DNA of 58,057 bases, counting the filler, from Squatina squatina (taxonomy: Eukaryota): NCBI GenBank assembly GCA_031763465.1. It is 3 parts of 3 records of this genome, joined end to end, with 100 filler letters (N's around TTAATTAATTAA, not from the genome) between each part and the next. Parts side by side here need not be neighbours in the genome. Positions count along the whole stretch, not along the records: positions 34,636 to 58,057 come from JARFOE010000004.1; 2 more parts are not named here. One strand, written 5' to 3'. Made by a program: the position numbers and the translations under genes. Positions 40,360-51,039 of the stretch are shown in pieces (the stretch's first letter is position 1; every line of letters begins with the position of its first letter). The notes beneath the pieces are model-generated. The model searched no databases and was not told the DNA's origin. It saw only the letters and a list, made by a program, of their open reading frames with translations.

Positions 40360-40413
40360 CTTTGTGCCAGGGATTCCAGGGAAGCCATTTTTTCCACTTT
40401 CACCTTGATGTCC
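40360..40413 (-). CDS. COL21A1: 54-nt collagen exon
   Basis: AG|GHQGESGKNGFPGIPGTK|GT, canonical 54-bp phase-0 exon. Confidence 0.7.
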
Positions 40414-40506
40414 CTATGAAGTAAAAAAGTGTTTTTGCAATTGTATTACCGTGTACACTTTACGCTGATAAATTTCAACATCAAACATTTGTTCATTTAA
40501 ACTTAC

Positions 40507-40560
40507 CGGAAGTCCATGTAATCCAGGATAACCATGAGAACCTTTGTCACCTTTTGCACC
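40507..40560 (-). CDS. COL21A1: 54-nt collagen exon
   Basis: AG|GAKGDKGSHGYPGLHGLP|GTAAGT. Confidence 0.7.
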
Positions 40561-40660
40561 CTTGAACAAAAAATGGTATTAAAATCAGTTTTTAAATATT
40601 TAATTCTGAAGCAACAGGTTAAAAGCTTTTAACTAAATTTTTTAATGATTTCACATGTAC

Positions 40661-40714
40661 CTTTTTACCCTCGAAACCACGCAGGCCTGGTTCTCCTTTA
40701 AAACCTTTAGGACC
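40661..40714 (-). CDS. COL21A1: 54-nt collagen exon
   Basis: AG|GPKGFKGEPGLRGFEGKK|GT. Confidence 0.7.
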
Positions 40715-42669
40715 CTAAAATGCAAATAAAATGTGTAGCATTCAGCAAGAAATGTGTCTCATAATAAAATAACAATCTTCACCAATAAAATTACAAGATC
40801 ACTCGATAGGAGTTGTTCCTTTGCAGAGCATCATTAAATATGCCTCTTCAGGTCTGCAGTCGAAATTTTTATCGACAAATGATTCTATTCCAGCTTGATT
40901 AAGTACGTAATTATATGTAGAATTCAAAGGACTTAAATGTTTTCAACTACAACAGCAGGCCATCATTAATAAATAGAGTGCAGCTAATAAATATCCTGGA
41001 ATGTTTACTTATGTCCAGAAGGCTTGTATGTAGTTATTTCTTAACTAGCAGACATTACAGCTTCAGTAACTGAATAAATTTGGAGAAAATATTCAATCTC
41101 CTTTGCATTATTGCTAGGGTGGTGGGAATGGGGGGCATCTGCCTCTAAGCAATAGATCGTCTCTGAATGGTACCAACTTAAGTGGATATGTATATTATGG
41201 TACTGTGTATCCACACCACTTGGAATTGCTGTTGTTGCAGTAAGATTTGATCTGTGGCAAGGTCTGAGAAGAAGTGGGGCACTTAGGTCGAGAAGAATAT
41301 TGTTACTGTCAACAGCTAAGATCATTCACTGACAATGGTAGAAAGTGGATTTCAGTATCAGGCCAACCTAAGAATCTGACTTGCAAGCATCAATTTCTGA
41401 AGCAAATCATTTTAGTTTTGCCTTAATAATAATTACCCTTATGTTAATTCAGACCAAAGAAAAGAGGCAAGAGAACTTATATGTGATTTAGTTATGTTTC
41501 CACTGTTCAATGTAGCTTTTGTNNNNNNNNNNNNNNNNNNNNNNNNNNNNNNNNNNNNNNNNNNNNNNNNNNNNNNNNNNNNNNNNNNNNNNNNNNNNNN
41601 NNNNNNNNNNNNNNNNNNNNNNAGAAAAAAACCAGGTTGTATCTATGTTTTAAAACATTTATGCTCTAATCTTCAATGACAGCTCTAAGTTATATGTCAG
41701 AATTAGTTGTAACCATCCCCCAAAGGAACAAGTTAACACTATCTATTTCCATACAAATCTTGTAACAGTTCTTTTGCTGTAATCTGTTTCCACACTGCCT
41801 AGATTCCAAGACAACTTGGAAAGTTGGTAATAATTCACAGCGAAGGGTAGTCATGTATTACAAGCTGCTGAGGTGCAAAGGCGTACTGTCTTGCTAAACT
41901 GAAAGATGCTGATCAGAACCATGTCTATTCTATCCAAGAGGGAGACTCGTACAAGTCACTCACAGTTCCATCAGTAAAAGCATCAAACTCAATCTCCATC
42001 TTATCTGAATAAGCAGTCTTTGCTGCTGTTCTAGCCATATGTGAGCAAGATCTACACTAAAGCTGCAGAAAGCAGATTCCATACAGAAAACAGGATGGTT
42101 CTGACATAATGGTTGTGTGGCCAAATCCTGTGAAAATGATTAGAGCCCCTGAGATCTCAACTTTGAACTATGTTCAATGAAGCTATTATTAAAGTAGTTG
42201 GTGCCAGATGTTGGCAAGAAAGCATTTCGATTACCTCAAAATTGAGATAAGCAGGAAGATTGGCCCCAAGGATTAAATTGCTTTCCTGAACCAGAGAATC
42301 CATGCCAATCAGTGCAAAGCCAACAATGCAAATAGTTCCAGGCTCAATCCTGAGAACTTGTGTGCACTTCATATCGGNNNNNNNNNNNNNNNNNNNNNNN
42401 NNNNNNNNNNNNNNNNNNNNNNNNNNNNNNNNNNNNNNNNNNNNNNNNNNNNNNNNNNNNNNNNNNNNNNNNNNNNNCTCTTAATTAATCCCTTCGTCCT
42501 CCTTTGCTGAATCCTAAACTGCTCCCGTTTGCTGCTTTTTCTGGCCAATTTCTATGTCTCTTCCTTGGATCTAATGCTGTCCCTAATTTCTCTTGTACAC
42601 CCCGGTTGTGCCACCTTTCCTGTTTTACTTTTTTGGAAGGAACAATTGTCACGGCACTTCAAGCGCACA

Positions 42670-42810
42670 GCTCAGTATATTTTTAATATGCTGAGGGTTT
42701 CTGCGTCGAGCACACTCTCAGTCAGTGAGTTCCAGACTCCCACCACCCTCTGGGTGAAAAACAATTCCCCTTGAACCCCCTCTGAACCCCTTACCCTAAA
42801 TCTATTTGCA
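42670..42810 (-). mobile_element. CR1 LINE fragment
   Basis: gagggtttctgc...cagtgagttccagactcccaccaccctctgggtgaaaaa, the reverse complement of FFTQRVVGVWNSL. Confidence 0.7.
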
Positions 42811-44513
42811 CTGGAATACCAAGATCTAAGCTTATCTATTAGAGTGTATGGATTGCGAAAATCATTTGATGGTTTATATCAAGTATATCATTTAGATTCT
42901 GTAGTTAGCTTATTAATTTTATTGGATAAGATCTAATGGTGTCAAGAGCACAGCCTGGACTATATATTCTGTAAACTAATCAGAACAGTCCTAAGAAGAA
43001 ATCATTGGAACAGCAGGTTTTACAAATTTTATTTTCCATCTTTGAGTGGATGATCCAATCCTTGTTTAATTTAGCCTGATTTCATTTACCAGCCTTAACT
43101 TTAATTTTATTTCCTCCTTCCTCCAGATTTACATCCCTGTGGATGCTGGGTCCATCTCAACATTTGCTCCCCCCACCCTCACAGTTTAAAGTTCACATGC
43201 CATCCTTAGACCTTGAATTTTGTCATTCCCAGACTCTGAACTCATGTTCCTCTGGAGGCTACATCTTATTTTTCTCCATCTCCCTGAGCTTCCTTACTCA
43301 CTCAGCCACCTGATCCAAGCCTTATTCATCATGGGCTCCAATACACATCCCCTTGTGTCCCCTATTAAATTATTTTCCCTCATTGAATCTTAATTCACCT
43401 CCATCAGATTCCAAACACATTCCTTCTGTGCTCTTGACTTGGTGTCCTTCGAAGCCTTGCTACTCTCTCCTTTGCATTGCTTTGACTTGCTCTTTCTTTC
43501 AAGCACCCATTCCTTTGGATGTTGGCCATCTTAATTCCATCTCCTTGATGATCTCTGCATCTCAGTTTCACCCTTCCAATTTTCTTGACCTGCATCTTTA
43601 AACACTACAGCATCTTCACTCATCCCATCAGTCAAAGGTTNNNNNNNNNNAACTTACAGTAGATTATAAAGCTCTGGCTGATGTCAGTTATCTTTTATTA
43701 CTTTAATAACATTCAAAATAGTTCATCTAAATTATTTACTGAACAGTTTTCAATTATATTTATATGTATACCTGTTACATATTGTTAAAATTTGTTACTA
43801 AGCCTTTGTAAGGACTGCCAACGCAGTCTTTTGCCAAGCTTCTTCTGCCATATTGGCTCCTCATAATTATCTTCATAAATACATCAACCTGCAAACACTA
43901 CAATTATCTGACAGGCCAATGTGAACTTTTTCTAAACTAATTAGTCGAATAAAATATAATATTTCAGCAGTGCTTGTTTCCCGTAATTCAAAGATCGAAC
44001 GTACCTGGTGAANNNNNNNNNNATTATCAGCAGTGATATAAGAAGTACTACCATATAAAAGTCATCATCAATTCATGGAACCAAATTTCCTTTTTCAAAA
44101 AAGAGTGTCTTTCTATCTGCAATCAACATACCTTGAACTAAATCATGGGGACACAAGGCTCTGAAATATCCAATTTGTGAGAATAAGATTTCATCAACAT
44201 ATTGTTAATTATGGAGATGATTGGCATCCTCCCATTTTTATCAAAAAGGGAATTTTATTGATTGTTTTAAAACTAAGTTTAATTCAGTATTATACATTTA
44301 TCAAAATAAGTACACCTAATACTAGCTCTCCCGTGGCATTGCTTGAGGTGAATCAGAGGATATACTCTTTATGACATGGGGTGTTATCAATAAAGTGTGA
44401 TTGGAAAGTAGTACAAGAAATAAGGATCATACTTACAAGAAGTAAGGGTTACACTTATGGGAAGTGTGTGCTTTACACAAAAATGTTTATATATTGTACA
44501 TAGAGGTACTTAC

Positions 44514-44591
44514 AACAACTGGAATTTCACAGGCAGTTTCTCGCTGATTTTGTTCTGGGTCACAGTAAATCCTTAATTTTTGAACTTCAAA
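44514..44591 (-). CDS. COL21A1: COL21A1-like TSPN domain, last exon
   Basis: 78 nt, AG|FEVQKLRIYCDPEQNQRETACEIPVV|GTAAGT; nearly identical to human COL21A1 FDVQKLRIYCDPEQNNRETACEIP. Confidence 0.85.
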
Positions 44592-44992
44592 CTACAAACA
44601 AAACATAATATTATGTTAAACAAAATAGTATTTGTAGTATTTTGCTTTTTAAAACAATGTTATGTTTTGTTCTACATACAATAATAAATATAATCTCTCA
44701 AGAACAATAGAGCATGACGGTTTTCCTTATTCCTAAACAATTATTTAGGGAAGACCATTGCTAACGGAAAGACAGGGCAAATAAGCTGATATATTTATTC
44801 TGGCATGGCCGCAGCATTTTTGTACTCATCTGTCAGTGGCAGGAATACCAGTAACACGCAGTTTGTAGTTCTGAAGTCTCTCCATTGGACAGNNNNNNNN
44901 NNNNNNNNNNNNNNNNNNNNNNNNNNNNNNNNNNNNNNNNNNNNNNNNNNNNNNNNNNNNNNNNNNNNNNNNNNNNNNNNNNNNNNNNNNNN

Positions 44993-45140
44993 AAACCTAT
45001 CTCTTTGACCTAGCTTTGGTCAGCTGCCCTATTATCTTTTCATGTAGCTCGGTGTCAAATTTTGTTACATCACGCTCCTGTGAAGTGCCTTGGGACAATT
45101 TACTAAATTAAAGGCTCTATAGAAATACAATTTGTTGTGA
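44993..45140 (+). mobile_element. L2-type 3' tail
   Basis: ctctttgacctagctttggtca...ctcctgtgaagtgccttgggacaa...ttaaaggctctatagaaatacaa; similar to 56770-56892. Confidence 0.65.
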
Positions 45141-45534
45141 ACGCCTATGGTTCATGTTGCAAAACCTAGTAATAAGTTGAGGAAGACTTGAGATTGTGCA
45201 CTCTGTCATGGAAAATTGCAAAATACTGAAAACAAGAGCAAGTAGAAATCTGGTCATTATGTCATATACTGATTAAGTTGTTTTTTTTCCCCCAATAGTA
45301 CTTTGTAATTGTTAATGGAAATCTACAAACAAGATGATTTCTACTTGTTTTCTGTAAATCCTAATCTACAAGACAATGAAAAAAATTTAAAAAGAGGCCT
45401 ACAGATGGAATTGGGAATGAAAATAACTTATGTTATAAAGTTCTATGTGTCTATACAAAATGTCACACATGTCCCTAGTATGGAGGCTATGAATAGGACA
45501 GAATAAGATGAACAGAATTTAAAATATTTTCTAC

Positions 45535-45760
45535 CTTTATAAGTGCAGAAGTGAAGGTCACAGACTGTGTATCATTCATCATGTGTGTTGTATGAAAAAT
45601 GACTGTGCTGTCTTCACCATTCAGTGTAACCGCTGTTTGAATCGTGCCATCTAGAGCTAGGATTCTCCACAAATCCCATTTTTCCTTAGTTACAGGTCTC
45701 TTGAATCGTAATGTGGACACAAATACATAGGAAGGTGGAAGACCATCAGGAAAAACATAC
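45535..45760 (-). CDS. COL21A1: COL21A1-like TSPN domain exon
   Basis: 226 nt, YVFPDGLPPSYVFVSTLRFKRPVTKEKWDLWRILALDGTIQTAVTLNG...; compare human VFPEGLPPSYVFVSTQRFK..WDLWRIL. Canonical AG/GT, phase compatible with 45876-46041. Confidence 0.85.
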
Positions 45761-45875
45761 CTGCAATGAAAATCCTTGGTTTTTGAATTACAGAATACTC
45801 CACAATAATCTTAAGCAATCAATGAAAAGATAAAAGGAAATGATTTTCTAAAAAGTAAATTCTGAAAACAAATAC

Positions 45876-46041
45876 CTTGTCTTTTCTGTTAAATCATTCT
45901 GTGATGGAACCCTATAAGCTTTTTTACCATGGTAAGAGCCTTCAATTTTACTGGCTTTTTTCCTAATATCTAGTCCAACAAGGATATCAAAACCTTTTTC
46001 ATCTCGAGATGCCACAGGTATTCTTGTCGGACAGACAGTTT
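45876..46041 (-). CDS. COL21A1: COL21A1-like exon (vWA-TSPN linker and start of TSPN)
   Basis: 166 nt, ETVCPTRIPVASRDEKGFDILVGLDI...DLTEKTR; compare human ESVCPTRIPVAARDERGFDILLGLDV. Confidence 0.85.
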
Positions 46042-46164
46042 CTGAAAAGGACAACAAAAGTTTTNNNNNNNNNNNNNNNNNNNNNNNNNNNNNNNNNNNN
46101 NNNNNNNNNNNNNNNNNNNNNNNNNNNNNNNNNNNNNNNNNNNNNNNNNNNNNNNNNNNNNNNN

Positions 46165-47302
46165 TCAGTTGACACGCCCTCCTTCAGCTGATAGAAAAAC
46201 ACCAGCTCCTCTCCATCCTGGAGAGTCTCTAGCGTTAGGTAACGTATAAGAGTACTAGTAGGAAGGAGGTTAAGCTGGACCAAACTGTGAAAGTTGGTAG
46301 ATACAAAGATATGAGGGCATTTCACGTCTTGCTGCGCCCAGTGTCTCAAAACAGCTGCAAGAAGGGACAAGCCATCCACACTGTTGGTTCCTTTTCCAAA
46401 TTCATCAATTAGCACCAGGGATCTCTGTAGCATTGTTAACTGCAGCTGCCACCTGGTTCAAGTCTATGATGAAGGTGGAGAGTCCCACAGACACAGATTC
46501 ACGGCTTTGGATCCTTGTGTAAATTCCATCTATTAGACCAATATCTGCCTCTGTGGCAGGGACGTAACTACCTATCAGTGCCATGAACACTATTAGCCCA
46601 ACCTCCTTGAGATATACACTTTTCCCACTGGAATTTGGGCCAGTGAGGACTCGAATCTTTCCATGTTCCTCACCACTGCTGATGGCGTTTGAAACAAANN
46701 NNNNNNNNNNNNNNNNNNNNNNNNNNNNNNNNNNNNNNNNNNNNNNNNNNNNNNNNNNNNNNNNNNNNNNNNNNNNNNNNNNNNNNNNNNNNNNNNNNTG
46801 AAACAAATGTTCTTGTGCACAGTTCCATTAGAGGATGTCTCCCATCTTTGATGTTGACTATATTCTTGCTGGTTAGTCTTGGTCTTGTGTAGGTGTTCTC
46901 TCGGGCTACAACAGCCATAGCAATTAGGCAGTCCAACTGGGCTGCATACTCCATCACATCATAAAGGACTGCAGACTTCTCTAAAATCTTTGCCTGCAAC
47001 TGGTACATGACAGCTGTCTCAAAGTCCCGGATTTCACAGTGCAAGTCTCCCAACATTGTATCAAGCTCCTTGGTCCTAGCACTTCTGTAATGAAGTCGAC
47101 CTTCAGAGAGAAACATGAAATCCAGCCCTTCTATCTCAAAATCATTCTTATCTATCATGCTTGGAAGGCGTGGAATGGTTAGAAGAAATCCAATCAGTGG
47201 GATGTAGATAACACAGCATGAAGGAATCCTGTTGTCCAGTAGTGTTAATTCATTCCTTGCGACTTCAGTTAAGAATTCCGACAGACCCATCAGTTTACGT
47301 TT
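46165..47302 (-). pseudogene. MSH5: Intronless MSH5 segment (MutS core and ATPase domains) with a frameshift; probable processed pseudogene
   Basis: Continuous match to MSH5: [13 protein letters not shown]...[10 protein letters not shown]...[22 protein letters not shown]...GRHPLMELC...TGPNSSGKS...[13 protein letters not shown]...STNF...LVFFYQ. No introns. Apparent 2-nt deletion at about 46421-46427. Both ends abut gaps. Confidence 0.8.
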
Positions 47303-47592
47303 NNNNNNNNNNNNNNNNNNNNNNNNNNNNNNNNNNNNNNNNNNNNNNNNNNNNNNNNNNNNNNNNNNNNNNNNNNNNNNNNNNNNNNNNNNNNNNNNNN
47401 NNCCATGTTAAAAATTTCTTTCAGGCTGGTTACACCTACACAGCTTTACTGTTGTTTACATAGTGAAGTTCTCATCAGATTGCTTTTGAATCCAAATATT
47501 TTAGTACGTATTCGAAAAGAGGATTCATGCAAAAAGTATTTAAATGTACTTATTTATTTGGTTGCTTCTAAAAGTCTTTATTTTCTTGTTAT

Positions 47593-47840
47593 TTACACAT
47601 ACTCTTCCTGATCAATGAAATTCTGTGGAAGTGGGACGCGTTGTGGCTGAGGGCGTTGATTTTCAGTGTTAGGAACTGGTGCACCATAAACATCATTCCA
47701 GTCACACCCTGTTCTGCTACACACACCTGGAGTTCCCCTGTATCCTTGATGTCCCCTTAAGCCTTGTTGCCCCATGTGACCTCGTGGACCTTGTTGCCCT
47801 GGTTGTCCAGGTATGCTTGATCCAGACTTTCCACGCTCAC
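47593..47840 (-). CDS. Terminal exon of a FACIT collagen (COL1 end, CxxxxC, NC1, stop)
   Basis: Phase-1 acceptor at 47841-47842. GERGKSGSSIPGQPG...GTPGVCSRTGC followed by a 36-aa tail and TAA. The imperfection and Cys spacing are typical of FACIT COL1/NC1. Confidence 0.8.
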
Positions 47841-47924
47841 CTATATGGTTAGCAACAAAAATAATGTTTTTAAACGCAAAACCACGATTAAAATGCACAT
47901 TAGCAAATCTATGATATATCTTAC

Positions 47925-48002
47925 CTCTTGAGCCTTGTGCTCCAATTATTCCAGAGAGTCCAATACCTTGCGAACCTTGGTCCCCTGTGTCTCCATGTTC
48001 AC
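47925..48002 (-). CDS. 78-nt FACIT COL1 exon with G-X-G imperfection
   Basis: AG|GEHGDTGDQGSQGIGLSGIIGAQGSR|GTAAGA, phase 1-1; aligns to human COL21A1 GLPGRNGEKGSQGFGYPGEQGPPGPP. Confidence 0.8.
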
Positions 48003-48004
48003 CT

Positions 48005-49251
48005 GAAATGAGAAATGCAACAGGGTAGGGTTGTGGTGGTGGGGACTGGTGGGGGGAGGCCAGAGATGCAAGCTAACACCATGTGCAGCTTGTAAATCGG
48101 GAGAGAGTGTGGGATGAGGGGGCAGTAGGATGTGAGAAGGATGATAATGTATGAGGATCTTATATTCTTTCAGCCCTGCCTCTGGCCACAGGCTCAGCCA
48201 TGCCCCTGCCAAGAATAGCCAGCACCATCTCCTCCTTGGGGGGCGAGGATATGCAGGCGAGCTTGTCCCTCGCCAGTTAAGTTCTGCTGGCACCAATTAT
48301 GCGCCACTTTTTCCTACAAGAGAAAGCGGAGTGTGTCAGTGAGTGTGGTGTAATGTGTTTGGATGATGTGGTTGTCCTGGTTGAATAGCTGATGGTGTGC
48401 TCAAGCTGTGAGATGTCGGTGTGAGGCTTGCAGCAGTGGTAATTGTGTGCACGTGAGGTGAAGCTATGATTGTGAGCTATGAGTCGTGTTTGGTAAAGAT
48501 TGTTGGTGGGTGAGTGACGGGGGTGTGGTGCATTGAGCAGTGTGTGAGGCAAGTGGTGCAGATGGTGAGATATGGCATTTGAAGATGAATTCACTGACCT
48601 TATCCACTCGTGTGAGGTCATTAAATTTCTTGCTGCACTGCAGCCATGTCCTCAGGGCCACATTGCTGACATTTAACACAGTACCTATCTGCTCTCACTG
48701 CACTCTGTTCTGTTGCCTGGAGGGCATCTTGGCCCCCTATGGAAAGAGAACCTCTCTCCTGGAGTTGACCTCTTGGAGCAAGGTCTCCAGTGCTACATTG
48801 GAGAACATTGACGCATGCTCTCTTCCCTGGTGTGCCATCATTATAACCTTCTTGTCCACTATCTTTGCAGCCAATTCAATCACCTGTTGCAGGNNNNNNN
48901 NNNNNNNNNNNNNNNNNNNNNNNNNNNNNNNNNNNNNNNNNNNNNNNNNNNNNNNNNNNNNNNNNNNNNNNNNNNNNNNNNNNNNNNNNNNNNTTCATTT
49001 CTTGTGTCTGATGTGATTTGGAGCATTGTCAAGTCAGGACCATGGAATGGTGCGTGTGCGCCTCGCCTCCACAGCCAGCAGGGAGCCTCTGCACATTGCG
49101 CCTGACTTAGCGCCTCCCAAAAGCGACTCTCCTAAAAACTTTTTTAAAATACTGAATTTTGTGACGTCACTGCGCCTCCAGGTCTAGGCGCTATTAAGGC
49201 ACAAACATTTTGTGTAACGCCTTAATGAAAGCACTACCAAATTTCACCCCC
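48005..49251 (-). mobile_element. PIF/Harbinger remnant (Myb/SANT-like ORF exons) in collagen intron
   Basis: Terminus ggggtgaaatttgg at about 49250. Decayed MMAHQGREHASMFSNVALETLLQEVNSRREVLFP*...RTWLQCSKKFNDLTR (48590-48842) and KVAHNWCQQNLTGEGQARLHIL..EEMVLAILG (48170-48312); related to 6376-6574. Confidence 0.7.
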
Positions 49252-49282
49252 AGATCTTTATAATCATTGTCATTAAACAGAC

Positions 49283-49373
49283 CTTTCGACCCTTGCAATC
49301 CTGGATCACCTGGTTCTCCATAGAATCCTTCAAGGCCTTGTTCTCCATCCTGTCCATTGATTCCAGGCTTACC
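49283..49373 (-). CDS. 91-nt FACIT collagen exon
   Basis: AG|GKPGINGQDGEQGLEGFYGEPGDPGLQGSK-G|GT, phase 0-1, in frame with 47925-48002. Confidence 0.75.
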
Positions 49374-49993
49374 CTTAAGAACAGATTTTGAGAGTTTAGT
49401 CAGAGTTAAAAGTCTCATATCCAGATTAAACTTACCAAAAATGACAAATAACAAAAATGAGTTAATACTTCATGCATTAGTTTATGCAGAGAGCAATGCA
49501 AGTGGCCAAGGGCGCCCAATTTGTGTCTTTATTTAAGCGTTAAAATGGCGTTAAATGGGCGCCCAAAGTGCTTAACGCCAACTTATAGTGTTAAGTTTTT
49601 TGGCATGAAATTCGACTACTCGCTAAACGGGCACTAACGGGTTTAGGCCACAATCACAAGTTTTAGCGTGAGAGAGTCCCAATGACGTCATCAGTGGACG
49701 TAACGCCCAAATAAGACTAACTCCCTAGGATTCAACAAAGCTACAATGCCTTAACTTTAGCATTGTCAACGGCCCGTTTTTTGGGCATTGAAACACCTTT
49801 ACTCTCAACTTTGAGCATTATAGAAAACTCTGGAACTGGGCTTCATTCTAACTTATTCTCCCAGCTCCATTTAGATCAAATCACGTGATNNNNNNNNNNN
49901 NNNNNNNNNNNNNNNNNNNNNNNNNNNNNNNNNNNNNNNNNNNNNNNNNNNNNNNNNNNNNNNNNNNNNNNNNNNNNNNNNNNNNNNNNTCAC

Positions 49994-50047
49994 AAGTTTT
50001 CCTTTTGTACCCTTCCTACCGGGAAACCCTGGATCACCCACAAGACC
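49994..50047 (-). CDS. 54-nt collagen exon
   Basis: AG|GLVGDPGFPGRKGTKGKL|GTGA. Confidence 0.75.
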
Positions 50048-50208
50048 CTGCAAATAGAATCATAGAACTTTGCAGCACAGGACGAGGACAAAGAGCTATC
50101 CAGTTTTTTTTTAAACCTTTTAGTAATGTTGCTGAAACCAGTTTATTTTTAATCTATACCAAACATACGAATTTTAGATATTAAGAAGATAATAGAAAAA
50201 CAACTTAC

Positions 50209-50262
50209 CCTGGGTCCTTCCATGCCAGGTCTGCCTTCAAAACCAGGGAATCCCTTATCCCC
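50209..50262 (-). CDS. 54-nt collagen exon
   Basis: AG|GDKGFPGFEGRPGMEGPR|GTAAGT. Confidence 0.75.
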
Positions 50263-51039
50263 CTGAAGATGTGAACAGTTAAAATTAAAAGCATGAAAAG
50301 AAAAAGTGCAATTAACATTTTGAGGACTGTGGTAAAGTTTTCTAGTCATAATGAGGAGAAATACGCTCACATATTTTACTTTATTAAGGGAATAATGTAT
50401 ATGTAAATATACAGCATGGTTCGTAAACATTTATTTCCTCACCCCTTGCTTATTATAATGTTTTGCCCTCACACCTGACTGAAAGGAAAGATTGGTGACC
50501 TACCCCTAAGCCTTTGCTAATGACTGCAATCAGCTGCTGTGATTTGTGTCAGTGTCACAGTTTGGGATCTTTTTGACCATTTTTCCACAGAAAGAATTTT
50601 AAGAAAAGTAAGTTACTTTAATGTTGTGTTTTAAAATGTATAGTGAATGTTGTTGAGTCAAAAATAAATGGGGTCTGAGAAAATTGGAATTGAGGATGTT
50701 AATGAGCTGGCTTTGACGGTGTTGCAAATAATAAGCAAATCAGAAGCTTGATTCTGTAATAGACAGATACCTTGGATGATTGTTGATCCTTTTCTGACTG
50801 TGAACCTTCTGATTTAGAAAGGCCTCAAAAAAGGCAAGCTCAAAAAGGTAGAATGCAGATTAGTTGGTCTGTTTTATTAAGCAAGGTTGCACATTTAAGT
50901 GGGTTAGCATAACATGGTCATTATTTTTATATTATAATGTGGAGGCAAGATGTGTTTATTGAACTATTGATATTGGGCTCCTGCTCTGCTGTGGGCTCCT
51001 GCCCCTGGTGTGGGCTCCTGCTCCAATGTGGGTTCCTGA

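Noticed and set aside
43772-43888. AG/GT-bounded minus-strand segment inside the collagen region
   Set aside because: All three frames contain stops and there is no collagen or TSPN similarity.
45999-46433. MSH5-collagen fusion suggested by an ORF spanning the gap
   Set aside because: Artefact of translating through Ns; the collagen exon has its own acceptor and a different frame.
50974-51039. CRISPR-like repeat-spacer pattern
   Set aside because: Units are only about 11 bp with 7-8 bp spacers, in a vertebrate genome with no cas genes.
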